Origin: Escherichia phage phiWec179
Reading direction: 5' to 3' (one strand)
Length of the DNA stretch: 64,000 nucleotides
Sequence record: LC739533.1
In this document: positions 15,337 to 25,543 of the stretch, in pieces
Layout of the letters: each line of letters opens with the position of its first letter
How positions within the stretch are numbered: the stretch's first letter is position 1
Made by a program: the position numbers and the translations under genes
Notes under the pieces: model-generated
Databases searched by the model: none
Seen by the model: the letters and a program-made list of their open reading frames with translations, nothing else
Told to the model about the DNA's origin: nothing

Positions 15337-15695
15337 GAGAAACAATCGTAGATGTTGTTATTAATGGACAACGTTATGTACCTGTTATAGAGAAAGCTGA
15401 ACCAGACGCTTTAGATGTTGTCTTTGAAGATGATGATCTTGGCACTGTTACTGTGCGTGAATATTTCAGACGACTACTCTCTACACTTTGGGAAGAAGAA
15501 GACAGTTTTAGTGGAAAACGACCTTTTGGTAACTCTTGCTGGCAGTTCGATTTGATTATCGGTTTGATCGATGCTGGCTACCTGGAGGGTAAAGTTTATC
15601 GTGACGAAGATGGAGGTATAGAAGATACCGACTATGATCGTGAAGAAGCAGATAAACTCATTCAAGGTCTAATTTCACGTATGTGTTTGGGGTAA
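15333..15695 (+). CDS. Hypothetical acidic protein (120 aa)
   Basis: 4-nt overlap coupling; acidic composition. Confidence 0.55.
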   Translation: MRETIVDVVINGQRYVPVIEKAEPDALDVVFEDDDLGTVTVREYFRRLLSTLWEEEDSFSGKRPFGNSCWQFDLIIGLIDAGYLEGKVYRDEDGGIEDTDYDREEADKLIQGLISRMCLG

Positions 15696-15696
15696 T

Positions 15697-16065
15697 ATGA
15701 AAGTCTTGAACTTCTACCATTTAGGTAAAGTTGTTCCCGACACTGCAATATACATTGGACGCGCGATGCCCCACTTCGGGTTGAAAGCGTCAAAGTTTGC
15801 CAACCCGTTCAAACTGAAAGAGGATGAACCAAGAGGTGCTACCATTCAAAGATACAAAGAGTGGTTGTGGGATCAGATCCGTTCTGGTAAGATAACTCTT
15901 GAAGATTTGTTGGAGTTGGAAGGTAAAGATGTAGTCTGCTTTTGCTCGCCCCAGAAATGTCATGGAGATGTGCTCGTTGCAGCCGTGGCATGGGCGCGAA
16001 GGGAATACGATAGACGTAATCCACCGTTTACGGATGGGTATTGGAACTGGGAGGAAAATCTATGA
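15697..16065 (+). CDS. DUF4326-like protein
   Basis: Recalled family motifs IYIGRAMPHFGL, FANPF, VCFCSPQKCHGDVL. Confidence 0.45.
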   Translation: MKVLNFYHLGKVVPDTAIYIGRAMPHFGLKASKFANPFKLKEDEPRGATIQRYKEWLWDQIRSGKITLEDLLELEGKDVVCFCSPQKCHGDVLVAAVAWARREYDRRNPPFTDGYWNWEENL

Positions 16066-16415
16066 AGAATATTATTGCGGTGGATGTATTTGGTGCAAGC
16101 GTCTTGCAAGACAAGCAAGCTATGCTGTACCACTATGAAGAAGATAAGCTTACGTACATTTATGTCGGGTCAGAAAAGTATCGTATCTTTGATTTGGCTT
16201 TGTTGAAAGAGGGTGATCTCCCTTTAACAGAGAAGCTATATGGCTTCAAATTCAGACGAGATGTAAAGCTTGATGGGAAGATTGCAGTGATTCAAGTTGA
16301 CGCGTATTATATCATTACCTTTGTCACCCCTGTGTTCAGCGATCTGAACGGAGAAGGTGCTATTAATGATGTGATCGTCCTGAAAGTAGGTAATGCATTG
16401 CACGATGTGAAATAA
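16062..16415 (+). CDS. Hypothetical protein (117 aa)
   Basis: Start at MKNIIAVDV with GGGAGG RBS; overlaps the upstream stop. Confidence 0.55.
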   Translation: MKNIIAVDVFGASVLQDKQAMLYHYEEDKLTYIYVGSEKYRIFDLALLKEGDLPLTEKLYGFKFRRDVKLDGKIAVIQVDAYYIITFVTPVFSDLNGEGAINDVIVLKVGNALHDVK

Positions 16416-16426
16416 CAGGAGGTAGT

Positions 16427-16936
16427 ATGTTCTTTGACGTAGATTCCTTATTCGTTGCCACTGCTGGACAATCTGCGGTTAACGCAGAGTTTGAAGAAAG
16501 GGAGGCGTGGATTGATGCTCATAACTATGATCCTACAAACCTAAACTGGTGCTGTATGGATATCAAAGGTATGAGCAGGGATAGTGCGTTTAGGGCATAC
16601 TACGCTGTATATACTCTTGACAATCTTTATCAGTATTTTGTATTCCGTAATATGATTGTCAACCTTAATCTTGCTGGGAGACTAAAGAACAAAAAAGAGT
16701 TTACTTTAGGGCACTACATACCGTTCAAAAAAGGTGGTGAACATTTTCCTTCCAACTGGACAGTGCAAATAAGAGTTGAAAATAACAACGCAGGTGATAC
16801 AATACCAAAAGTCAAAACAAAATGGTCATGGGAGAAACAGGAACGTTATATACGTTCCCATCTCCCACCAAACCTGAGAGAGCCGTATGCGAGTCGGGCC
16901 TTTCATTTAATGAATATTGTCAAGAGTTTTTACTAA
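16427..16936 (+). CDS. Hypothetical protein (169 aa)
   Basis: Intact ORF with AGGAGG RBS. Confidence 0.6.
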   Translation: MFFDVDSLFVATAGQSAVNAEFEEREAWIDAHNYDPTNLNWCCMDIKGMSRDSAFRAYYAVYTLDNLYQYFVFRNMIVNLNLAGRLKNKKEFTLGHYIPFKKGGEHFPSNWTVQIRVENNNAGDTIPKVKTKWSWEKQERYIRSHLPPNLREPYASRAFHLMNIVKSFY

Positions 16937-16946
16937 GGAGGATTTA

Positions 16947-18548
16947 GTGTCTAATACTTTGAGTTTCACTCCAACCGAAGAGCAATTTGCTATTGAGCGT
17001 GCTTTCGGGGAAAACCGTTTTGTAACTATTCAAGCAAAATCTGGTTCGGGGAAAACATCTACTCTATACATGTTGGCAAATGGCACAGACAAGAGCATCC
17101 TGTACCTGGCATTCAATAAGAGCATGGCGGAAGAGGCGCGTCGCAAGATGCCGCACAATGTAGAGTGTCGAACTCTGCACTCAATCTGCTATCAGAAGCT
17201 TCCACAAAACTTACGTCACAAACTCTCGCGTCCTGAAGGGAAGTATGTGAATGTGGCGGGAACAGGTAGCGAAATTGCCAAGAAGTTTAAGATCCAAAAC
17301 CTTATTGATAAAAACGGAAAGACTTTGGTCACTCGTGCTATGATCGGTTTAATGGTTAAACAAACTTTGGCTAAATATGAGTTTTCAGATGATGAGCATA
17401 TCTCTTTGAAACACTTCCCTAAAATGCACATCTCTGATCTGAAACGTAAGAATGTGAATGAGAATAAGCTGATCGCAGAAGTCGTTAAATATGCAAAACA
17501 ATTGTGGCGTGAGCGTATTGATCCTAACTCGGAAACGATCATGACTCATGACACCTATGTGAAACTGTTCGAACTATCGGGCGAAGATTTAGGGTATGAT
17601 ATCATCTTTGGTGATGAGTTCCAGGATGTTAACCCTGCATTCCTGTCTATCCTACGTAACGCAGAAAAGGCCAGTCGTATTGTGGTTGTAGGCGATGAGT
17701 TCCAGAGTATTTATCAGTTCCGAGGTAGTCAGAACATGATGAAAGAGACGGCTCAATATGGTGTAGAATTACCATTGACAGCATGTTTCCGTTTTGGTCC
17801 TAAAGTGGCAGACATTGCTAATGCGATCCTTAGCGATAAAACTCCACTGGCCCATCCACTGGTAGGGAAAGGGTATAACACGGTGACAGGTAGCTTCCAC
17901 TCGGATATAGTGGACTTCTCCAAACCGTACACAATCATCTTCCGTAAAAACCTGACGTTGCTTATGGATGCAATGGATCGTATTGCGAACGGAGAAGATA
18001 TCAATATTAACGTTGACACCAAAGATTTTATTGCTATGGTGGACAGTGTGAATGCGTTGCGTCGAGGAGATATTGACAAAGTGAAGCATGAAACCGTTCT
18101 ACCGTATGCAGACTGGCAGGAGTTTGTGGATTGTGCGGAATCAGATCCAGACGCTAAACGTCTACTGAATATTGTTGTTTCAGGTAAGGCTAACAACATT
18201 GCGTACACACTCCGTATGCACCGTAACTCACCTACAGCAAAGGTGACACTGACCACAGCACACAAATCGAAAGGTTTGGAATGGGACCAAGTTATTGTTG
18301 CAAATGACTTCCCTTCGAACTATGATAAGAAGACACGCGAGTGGGTAGGGCTGGAAGAATCTGAACGTAACCTTCTATATGTTGCTCACACACGTTGTAT
18401 TAAATGTTTGCAGTGGAATGAGACAGTGCATGAGATCTTAACCATGCAGCAATTAGGAGGAGACACATCTCCTAAAATGACGGAAGAAGATGAGATGGTT
18501 GCAGCATTGGCTCGTAAGATCAAGCAGATTCGATGCGAGGAGTATTAA
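16947..18548 (+). CDS. UvrD/Rep/PcrA-like superfamily 1 DNA helicase
   Basis: GTG start after AAGGAGG. Motif I AKSGSGKTST, motif II GDEFQDVN, motif III VVVGDEFQSIYQFRGS, motif VI VAHTRC. Confidence 0.8.
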   Translation: MSNTLSFTPTEEQFAIERAFGENRFVTIQAKSGSGKTSTLYMLANGTDKSILYLAFNKSMAEEARRKMPHNVECRTLHSICYQKLPQNLRHKLSRPEGKYVNVAGTGSEIAKKFKIQNLIDKNGKTLVTRAMIGLMVKQTLAKYEFSDDEHISLKHFPKMHISDLKRKNVNENKLIAEVVKYAKQLWRERIDPNSETIMTHDTYVKLFELSGEDLGYDIIFGDEFQDVNPAFLSILRNAEKASRIVVVGDEFQSIYQFRGSQNMMKETAQYGVELPLTACFRFGPKVADIANAILSDKTPLAHPLVGKGYNTVTGSFHSDIVDFSKPYTIIFRKNLTLLMDAMDRIANGEDININVDTKDFIAMVDSVNALRRGDIDKVKHETVLPYADWQEFVDCAESDPDAKRLLNIVVSGKANNIAYTLRMHRNSPTAKVTLTTAHKSKGLEWDQVIVANDFPSNYDKKTREWVGLEESERNLLYVAHTRCIKCLQWNETVHEILTMQQLGGDTSPKMTEEDEMVAALARKIKQIRCEEY

Positions 18549-18549
18549 T

Positions 18550-18801
18550 ATGGCGGGTTATCATTTAATAGATATTGAGAAACAACCTTACGGCAGTATT
18601 GAAAAGATTCAGGAAGAAGTTTATGAACTTTTTGATGCTGTCGAACAGGATTGCAAAGTTATGCAATTGGTTGAATTGTCTGATATTGTGGGTGCTGTTG
18701 AAGGTGTGCTGGAGACACAGTTTCCTGGGATGACGTTGCAAGATTTGATCACCATGTCAGACATTACCAAACGTGCTTTCCGCACAGGAGGAAGATCATG
18801 A
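18550..18801 (+). CDS. Putative MazG-like nucleotide pyrophosphohydrolase (small, all-alpha)
   Basis: EEVYELFDAVEQD...ELSDIVGAVEGV resembles the MazG EExxE...E..D pattern. Confidence 0.35.
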   Translation: MAGYHLIDIEKQPYGSIEKIQEEVYELFDAVEQDCKVMQLVELSDIVGAVEGVLETQFPGMTLQDLITMSDITKRAFRTGGRS

Positions 18802-19361
18802 ATGGGGAAGTCATTGCCAATGCGATCCACTATTACGGACGCTATGCACAAATGATTCAAGTACCTTACCTGGTAGATGCAGATATTCTTGCATACACAC
18901 TACCAGAAGGTAAAGAGGATCGCCCTTTGGGGCATCCTAATGGGAGATTCTATGTTGCCAGCGCAGAACAATCCTTCCTCCAGATGGAGAAAGATGGTTT
19001 TGAGTTTGTAGCAGAGCATCCTTATATGGCATTGACACCATGTTACCGCACAGAAGATGTTCTTGATGAAAGTCATTTTAACATCTTTCTGAAACTGGAA
19101 CTAATTGAGTTTTATCCGAAACATGGGCCTATAGCATATGCAAAGGATATGTGTAATTTTCTTTGGACCTATTATAGTCTGGAAACACGTATAGTAAAAA
19201 CTGAAATAGGGTTTGACGTGGAAGACAAATATGGGTTAGAATTAGGATCATTCGGGATGAAGAATTCTCCGAAAGGTCATCCGTACATGTATGCCACAGG
19301 CATAGCAGAACCACGAGCATCTATTGCTCTTAACCACAGAGAGGGGTTTATTTATGAATAA
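18798..19361 (+). CDS. Hypothetical protein (187 aa)
   Basis: Intact coupled ORF; weak resemblance to class II ligase motifs (see findings). Confidence 0.55.
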   Translation: MNGEVIANAIHYYGRYAQMIQVPYLVDADILAYTLPEGKEDRPLGHPNGRFYVASAEQSFLQMEKDGFEFVAEHPYMALTPCYRTEDVLDESHFNIFLKLELIEFYPKHGPIAYAKDMCNFLWTYYSLETRIVKTEIGFDVEDKYGLELGSFGMKNSPKGHPYMYATGIAEPRASIALNHREGFIYE

Positions 19362-20853
19362 GTCGATGGAAGAATTAGTTAAATATTATGTCCACACAGA
19401 AGACCTGACAGACGCAGAGTTTACCAAGATTTATGATCTGTGCGAACAGCTTCAACCTGGCCCGTGGAACAGTGAAGAAGACTTCCGTGCCGATGTTAAT
19501 CAAGATACAGGGTTTTTGTTCTTCGATCCTGCTAATGGCATTGATGCCGTACACAACGAAGATTATATCCCAGCAGGTCTTTCTGTTACCACTACAGAGC
19601 ATTTCGTTGATCTGCTTTTGGAGACAGCTTGGTGTGATTCCAAACCAATCTACTACTGCATGAAGGATACGCTACGTATGGCAGCAAGTCGCCTGTATGA
19701 CGGGAACTCTCGCTTATATACGGCTGTAGCCGAGCTTTATGGTAATGGTTGGACTGCCGATCAACTCCAAAAAGCTTGGGAAGAAGGGCGTGGTGGGCGT
19801 GACGTTGTTATTTTCTCTGAAGTTTTAGGGGTGGATTCTATCGCTTATGAAAATATTCCACGCTTAGGGACAAAACCAGAAATCATTGATGGAGAAGAAA
19901 TGTTAGATCTTATTTTAGCTAAAGTGGCAGGGCGATCTATTCACGAAGTGTGCGTATCTACCAGAAAGATCTCCACAAGTCAAATGGAATCTCTTTTAAA
20001 GATTTTCACCCTGGTGACTGGTGAAGGGTATTGGAAAGATGCTGAACATTTTCTGATGTATAGTCGTGGTCTGTCTGAACACTACTCTTTCTATAGTTCT
20101 AAGTCGGGGATTGATGGTCACAACAGTCCACAAGGATTAGAAATAGGTGTTGACGAATTTATCAAACTGTTTTTGAAGCATTTAGGTATTGACAATACCG
20201 AGAAATCATTGGAAGATATCCTTGCTGACTTAACAAAAGAAGGAGAAGAAGTGGAAGAGAATACTTTTGAAGTTGAAGAATATGTGGAAGAATACCTTCC
20301 GAACCCTGGGTTCCCTCCAGAGGGTAATCCTTATGTGAAGATCGTCTGCCGTAACGGGCAAACTTTCACAGGTCCAGCCGACGATATGGGTTGGAGGGTC
20401 GATGAGAACCATCCCCATGATCTGGATATGGTGAAATATATGATTGTTCCGCGTGTAGCCAAAGTGGAGGCTGCTCCAGATGAGGTAGTTGCTCCGGTAT
20501 ATGCACCGAAGCCACGTTATCGTAAGACGCGCCAAAAGCCTCCTGTAGGTAAGAAGCCAGTTGTGCGTATTCTCTACACTACACAACAAACGTACATGTT
20601 TAAGAATGTGGACAGTGTGCAGGTTACAGGTGAGAAAGTGTATATCCAGTATGCTCGTAATATTGCAGAAGGTATTGTTGAGTCTGTTGTTTCCGAGATC
20701 GACAGCAATCTGCTTCTCGCAGTGGTGATTGAAGAGAATGGACACCGTGATAATTTCTTAGCTAACATCGACGGTTCTTGGGATTACCAAGGGCATGATG
20801 GTACTGCCGTTAAAGGTGGTAAGCTGATGGGACGACAGTTCCTTTCTAAATAA
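19354..20853 (+). CDS. Hypothetical protein (499 aa)
   Basis: Long ORF followed by an intrinsic terminator; no motif recognised. Confidence 0.6.
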   Translation: MNKSMEELVKYYVHTEDLTDAEFTKIYDLCEQLQPGPWNSEEDFRADVNQDTGFLFFDPANGIDAVHNEDYIPAGLSVTTTEHFVDLLLETAWCDSKPIYYCMKDTLRMAASRLYDGNSRLYTAVAELYGNGWTADQLQKAWEEGRGGRDVVIFSEVLGVDSIAYENIPRLGTKPEIIDGEEMLDLILAKVAGRSIHEVCVSTRKISTSQMESLLKIFTLVTGEGYWKDAEHFLMYSRGLSEHYSFYSSKSGIDGHNSPQGLEIGVDEFIKLFLKHLGIDNTEKSLEDILADLTKEGEEVEENTFEVEEYVEEYLPNPGFPPEGNPYVKIVCRNGQTFTGPADDMGWRVDENHPHDLDMVKYMIVPRVAKVEAAPDEVVAPVYAPKPRYRKTRQKPPVGKKPVVRILYTTQQTYMFKNVDSVQVTGEKVYIQYARNIAEGIVESVVSEIDSNLLLAVVIEENGHRDNFLANIDGSWDYQGHDGTAVKGGKLMGRQFLSK

Positions 20854-20861
20854 TAAATAAG

Positions 20862-20886
20862 AAGGCGCTAAGTGCGCCTTTTTTGA
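20862..20886 (+). terminator. Rho-independent terminator
   Basis: Stem AAGGCGC / GCGCCTT with 5-nt loop, followed by TTTTTT. Confidence 0.7.
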
Positions 20887-20954
20887 TCCTGAACAAAGTC
20901 TTTCGATGGATAAATGGTAAAATAGAATCTCAATCTATTAAATAAGGAACCCAC

Positions 20955-22769
20955 ATGCATAATTTATATCAGGACGTATTTTCTTTTTTGGATAAAACTT
21001 GTGACACATATACACGAGAGAACGCAAACAAACCCTCTCACCTCGTTAACACACATAGGGACTTACTGGCGGGGATTTTAAGTAAGCACATGGCAATGAC
21101 TCAGATATTACCAAAGAACCTCGCAGAATGGCATACAGAAGGTTTTGGACATATCCATGATCTTGATTATCTGTTGTCTCCTCTTACGAATTGTTGTCTG
21201 GTAAACTACCAAGATATGCTGGAGAATGGCTTTAAAATCGGTGCTGCATATATTGAGAAACCTAAGTCCATTGGTGTAGCCACCACAGTGTTGACGCAAA
21301 TCATCCAGGCTGTTGCTTCAAGCCAGTATGGGGGACAAACTTGTGCTCATATTGATCAGGGGTTAAGTCAGTATGTTGAAGCTACCTACCTTAAGAATTT
21401 GAGAGAAACAGAACTACGTTACGGATACCCAGCCTGTAACGAAGCTTTAGCAGCAACAGATAAGGCTGTATATGATGCTATGCAGACATTGCTGTACCAG
21501 GTGAATACACTGATGAGCGTCAATGGACAATCTCCTTTCATCACTATCAGTATGGGATTAGATACAACAGTTTTTGGGAGAATGATCACTAAGAACTATC
21601 TTAAGGTACACAGTGAAGGGTTAGGGAAAGATCATGTCACACCTGTGTTCCCTAAAGTTGTGTTCTTCCTGGAGGAAGGTGTTAACATGGCAACTGAAGA
21701 TCCTAATTACGATCTGAAAAAACAAGCTTTAGAGTGTTGTGCAGATCGAATCTATCCTGACTTCATTTCTGTGCCTCTTAACAAGGAAGTGACAGGCTCT
21801 ACGAAAGGAAATGTTACCAGTATGGGGTGCCGTTCGTTCCTGTCTTACTACACTACAGAACAGGGAGAGAAGTATGATGGACGTTTTAATTTAGGAGTTG
21901 TGTCAATAAACTTACCATTAATTGCAGCTAAAGCAAAAACAGAAGGATATTGTTTCTCTGACCTACTTGATGAACATATGCGTCTGGCTTACGATGCTCA
22001 TATGCTTCGGGTGGAACGCCTACGTCATACACGCGCATCAGAGAACCCTATCCTGTTTATGGAAGGGGCTTTAGCACGTCTCAATGCTGACGATGAGATT
22101 GGAGTTTTGTTTGAGGGTGGGTATGCTTCAATCAGTATTGGGTATGTAGGATTGTCCGAAGCTTTGGAGATCTTATACTCTGAAGAAGCGGATAAGAAAG
22201 AGATGGGCAAAGCTATTCTGCAATACATGAAAGACACTTGTGCAGAGTTTAAAGAGTTGTCTAATCTGCCTTTCAGTTTGTATGGCACTCCTGCGGAATC
22301 CTTGTGCTACAAGTTTGCCACAGCTTTAAATAAAAATTATCCTAATCTGCATGTACGGGATTACCTGACCAACTCGTTCCATCAACCTGTTTGGGAGGTT
22401 ACAAATCCTTTTGAGAAGTGGGACTACGAAACAGGTTTTGCTCAAATCAGTAATGGCGGGAATATTAGTTATGTAGAAACTCCCAACCTGAAGAACAACT
22501 TGGAAGCTTTAGAAGCTTTGGTCGATTATGCTTATGAGCGCATCCATTACTTTGGCATCAATCAACCAGTGGATCAATGTTTCAAATGCAACTTTCATGG
22601 GGAGTTTAAAGCTACAGCAAAAGGTTTTGAATGCCCTTCGTGCGGGAATAATGAAGAAGAAACTATCTCCGTTATTCGTCGTGTTTCCGGTTATCTGTCT
22701 GCCCCTAACTCGCGCCCTTACAACAAAGGGAAAATGCAGGAAGTGTTACAAAGGGAGAAACATCTTTGA
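20955..22769 (+). CDS. nrdD: Anaerobic ribonucleoside-triphosphate reductase (class III RNR)
   Basis: C-terminal glycyl-radical motif RRVSGYL; zinc ribbon CFKCNFHGE...CPSCGN; 604 aa. Confidence 0.85.
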   Translation: MHNLYQDVFSFLDKTCDTYTRENANKPSHLVNTHRDLLAGILSKHMAMTQILPKNLAEWHTEGFGHIHDLDYLLSPLTNCCLVNYQDMLENGFKIGAAYIEKPKSIGVATTVLTQIIQAVASSQYGGQTCAHIDQGLSQYVEATYLKNLRETELRYGYPACNEALAATDKAVYDAMQTLLYQVNTLMSVNGQSPFITISMGLDTTVFGRMITKNYLKVHSEGLGKDHVTPVFPKVVFFLEEGVNMATEDPNYDLKKQALECCADRIYPDFISVPLNKEVTGSTKGNVTSMGCRSFLSYYTTEQGEKYDGRFNLGVVSINLPLIAAKAKTEGYCFSDLLDEHMRLAYDAHMLRVERLRHTRASENPILFMEGALARLNADDEIGVLFEGGYASISIGYVGLSEALEILYSEEADKKEMGKAILQYMKDTCAEFKELSNLPFSLYGTPAESLCYKFATALNKNYPNLHVRDYLTNSFHQPVWEVTNPFEKWDYETGFAQISNGGNISYVETPNLKNNLEALEALVDYAYERIHYFGINQPVDQCFKCNFHGEFKATAKGFECPSCGNNEEETISVIRRVSGYLSAPNSRPYNKGKMQEVLQREKHL

Positions 22770-23236
22770 ATTGTTCAGGCTATGAAGCAACAGACATGCT
22801 TAACGGAGAAGGGGTGAGATGCTCTCTATGGGTCAGTGGATGTAGCCACGGATGCAGAGGATGTTTCAATCAGAAAGCCTGGTCATACTCTTACGGCGCA
22901 GCTTTCACAGAAGCAGATGTAGAACGTGTGTTAGCAGATTTGGCACGACCTTTCATTAAAGGTGTAACAATCTTAGGGGGAGAACCTTTAGACCCACAGA
23001 ATATTGATGAAGTTTATAAGTTGATACTCCGAATCAAGGAAGTGTACGGGGAAGATAAGGATGTGATGGTGTATACAGGATATTTGTTTGAAGACATTCC
23101 TTCCCACATCAAGAATGTTGTGGATACAATCATGGATGGTAAATATGATTTAAATCAACCAACAGCAAAGCCATTCAGAGGTTCTGATAATCAGAGATTA
23201 TGGAACAAGAAGAATGGTATTTGGCAAGCAGATTAA
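22766..23236 (+). CDS. nrdG: Anaerobic RNR activating protein (radical SAM)
   Basis: CSHGCRGC (CxxxCxxC) cluster. Probable TTG start; N-terminus aligns with the E. coli NrdG N-terminus as recalled. Confidence 0.8.
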   Translation: MNCSGYEATDMLNGEGVRCSLWVSGCSHGCRGCFNQKAWSYSYGAAFTEADVERVLADLARPFIKGVTILGGEPLDPQNIDEVYKLILRIKEVYGEDKDVMVYTGYLFEDIPSHIKNVVDTIMDGKYDLNQPTAKPFRGSDNQRLWNKKNGIWQAD

Positions 23237-23249
23237 TACAGGAGATAAT

Positions 23250-23441
23250 ATGGTTACGTATTTTGCAGTTAAAAACGAAGTAGGGACGGCTGGGAAGCTG
23301 ATTCTGGACAGCGATCGAGATACCCGTGAGGTTATTTGTACCCTGATTGATATTTTACAAAGAAAAGAGTTGCTTTCTGATCGGGACATTGCTAATCTAT
23401 TGGATATCGGCGGTGACGAACTCGAACGACTGCCATTCTAA
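23250..23441 (+). CDS. Hypothetical protein (63 aa)
   Basis: Start at MVTYFAVKNEV with AGGAG RBS. Confidence 0.45.
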   Translation: MVTYFAVKNEVGTAGKLILDSDRDTREVICTLIDILQRKELLSDRDIANLLDIGGDELERLPF

Positions 23442-23453
23442 AGGAGACTAACA

Positions 23454-24056
23454 ATGCAACAACTGATCGTTAATATGCCTCGCACTGGTAATGAAGTTTT
23501 TGGCTCACCAGTAGACAAAGTTTGGAAAGCACACTTTCATCTGACCTTAGCCGAGGTAAGTAGTAAAGAGCTTATGCGAGCAGCAAAGATTATCGGTGCA
23601 AAATGCACAACTATCGATCTACATCGGGACACGCAATCACAGCGCGATCGTATGTTAACTAAGTATCAGGGTGGCATTGACACAGGCTTAATGTTGGAAT
23701 GTGTGGCAAAGTTAAAAGCGGCTGGCTTCAAAGTGTTACGCTATAAACTGGAACAAATGTTCAAGGACGTAGAACACGTAATGCAGATGAACCTAAGCAA
23801 AGAACATTACGGAGAAGTACACATCAAGACTCCTGCCTCTATGCCGGAGATTGATACTGGCTTCTTCCGTATCTCTTCTAATGCCGAAGAGGTGGATTAT
23901 CGTTTCTATAATGCCCGTCTGTATACCGAAGAAGATAAGTTGCAGTTCAAGAAAGCTTATGATATGCTTCTGGCAAATGATGTTGAAATAAAGGGCTACC
24001 ATGTAGAACAAGTGGTAGTAGACAGTAATCTTAACTTAGACGCATGGTGGGCTTAA
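23454..24056 (+). CDS. Hypothetical protein (200 aa)
   Basis: Intact ORF with AAGGAG RBS. One H-x-T-x element (HLTL) but no clear second one, so no family call. Confidence 0.55.
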   Translation: MQQLIVNMPRTGNEVFGSPVDKVWKAHFHLTLAEVSSKELMRAAKIIGAKCTTIDLHRDTQSQRDRMLTKYQGGIDTGLMLECVAKLKAAGFKVLRYKLEQMFKDVEHVMQMNLSKEHYGEVHIKTPASMPEIDTGFFRISSNAEEVDYRFYNARLYTEEDKLQFKKAYDMLLANDVEIKGYHVEQVVVDSNLNLDAWWA

Positions 24057-24057
24057 T

Positions 24058-24714
24058 ATGACTATTAAACATATCTCTTTTGATGTATGGAACACACTGA
24101 TCACAGCAAACCCCAATTACGCAGATATGCGAGCGTGGACTATCGCAAAATACGGGGATATTACGGAAGTAGAAGCAAGAGCAGCTTACAAGAAGATCAA
24201 AAAGGAACTGGACAATGCCGCACTTCAGGGAACAGCCGAGTGTGCAGCATATGCCTGGGAAAGACTTGGTTACGAACTTGGGATAACACCTTTGAAGTCT
24301 GCAAAGCTTCGTTTCGAGTGTGAACAGTGGTTCCTTAAGTTTCCACCGCATGTGGCTGTGGATTTACCGATGCACTTGCTGTATCTTTCGGGGCGTTATG
24401 ATTTGAGCATCAAGAGTAATACCAACTTCATATCAGGAGATATCTTGCGACGTGCCTGTAAGTTTGAAGGTTGGAATTGTTTTGAGTTCACACATTTCTC
24501 GGATGAAGCTTTACTTTGTAAACCAGATCCGCGATTCTTTGCTCGCACGATCACTTATTCTCCAATCCCTCTGGTAGGGCAGGAAGTGTTGCACGTAGGT
24601 GATAGTGAAGAATATGATGGAAAATGTGTTGACGTAGGATTTAACTTCTGTCATATTAAGAACCCTAACGACTTGTTAGATAAACTTGCTAAAGGAGAAC
24701 TTGTTAATGCGTAA
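24058..24714 (+). CDS. HAD-superfamily hydrolase-like protein
   Basis: Motif I-like ISFDVWNTLI (second Asp replaced), motif II SIKSNTN, motif III CKPDP, motif IV VGDSEEYD. Confidence 0.5.
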   Translation: MTIKHISFDVWNTLITANPNYADMRAWTIAKYGDITEVEARAAYKKIKKELDNAALQGTAECAAYAWERLGYELGITPLKSAKLRFECEQWFLKFPPHVAVDLPMHLLYLSGRYDLSIKSNTNFISGDILRRACKFEGWNCFEFTHFSDEALLCKPDPRFFARTITYSPIPLVGQEVLHVGDSEEYDGKCVDVGFNFCHIKNPNDLLDKLAKGELVNA

Positions 24715-25534
24715 TCAAACTCAAATCTTTGCTCACAAATTCGATAGTCTGGAAACTGCTCGCTTTGATATTCGTGACTATTCCAAACTGAAGTTTGGCA
24801 GCAACCAGGCGGCTCGCCGTATGGGGCGAACGCTGGCAGTCTCTTTCTATGACTTGGTAGTCAAGAATATGCCGGAAGAAGAATTTGTGGTGATTCCTTC
24901 ACCTTACAACCATGTGCATAACGCAGCAACCATGATGACCAATCAGTTCATCAACTTCCTGAACCTGTTGCTGTTGAATCACAAGGGTAGCCGTGCAGTA
25001 GAATTGGATACGATCCACCGCAAGGTGAGTTACATTAACGATTATGGTTTCCTGGACAAAGCGAGCCGTAAGAAACTGATTGATGGTGACACCTTCTATT
25101 GCAACAAAGATTTTTGGGGCAACAAGAAGCTGATCTTCATTGATGATGTGAACATCACGGGAACTCATGAAGACAAACTGATTGAGATCCTGGATGAAAA
25201 TAAAGTTACGAATGATGTTTACTTCCTGTATTTTGCGAAGTATACTGGTAATCAAGCAGACACAGAGGCTAAACTGAACTTCAACCATATTAACACGACA
25301 GATGCTTTTGTTAAGATGATCAATGAAGAATGTGATGCGCAGTGTCTTGTTCGTCCTATCAAGTATTTGATGGGACAAACACCGGAAGAGTTTAAAATCA
25401 TTCTTTCCCGTTTGCCGCACCAATACGTAGAAGCACTGTTCTTTGGGTGTCTTGGGGAAGGTTATGATAAGATCGAGAAGTATTCTGAAAACTTCGTCTT
25501 CCTGAACCGTTACTTTAACCAGCATATCCTGTAA
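24707..25534 (+). CDS. Type I phosphoribosyltransferase (PRTase) domain protein
   Basis: PRPP-binding loop KLIFIDDVNITGTHED. Start at MRNQTQ after AAAGGAG RBS. Confidence 0.65.
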   Translation: MRNQTQIFAHKFDSLETARFDIRDYSKLKFGSNQAARRMGRTLAVSFYDLVVKNMPEEEFVVIPSPYNHVHNAATMMTNQFINFLNLLLLNHKGSRAVELDTIHRKVSYINDYGFLDKASRKKLIDGDTFYCNKDFWGNKKLIFIDDVNITGTHEDKLIEILDENKVTNDVYFLYFAKYTGNQADTEAKLNFNHINTTDAFVKMINEECDAQCLVRPIKYLMGQTPEEFKIILSRLPHQYVEALFFGCLGEGYDKIEKYSENFVFLNRYFNQHIL

Positions 25535-25543
25535 GGAGGGAAA

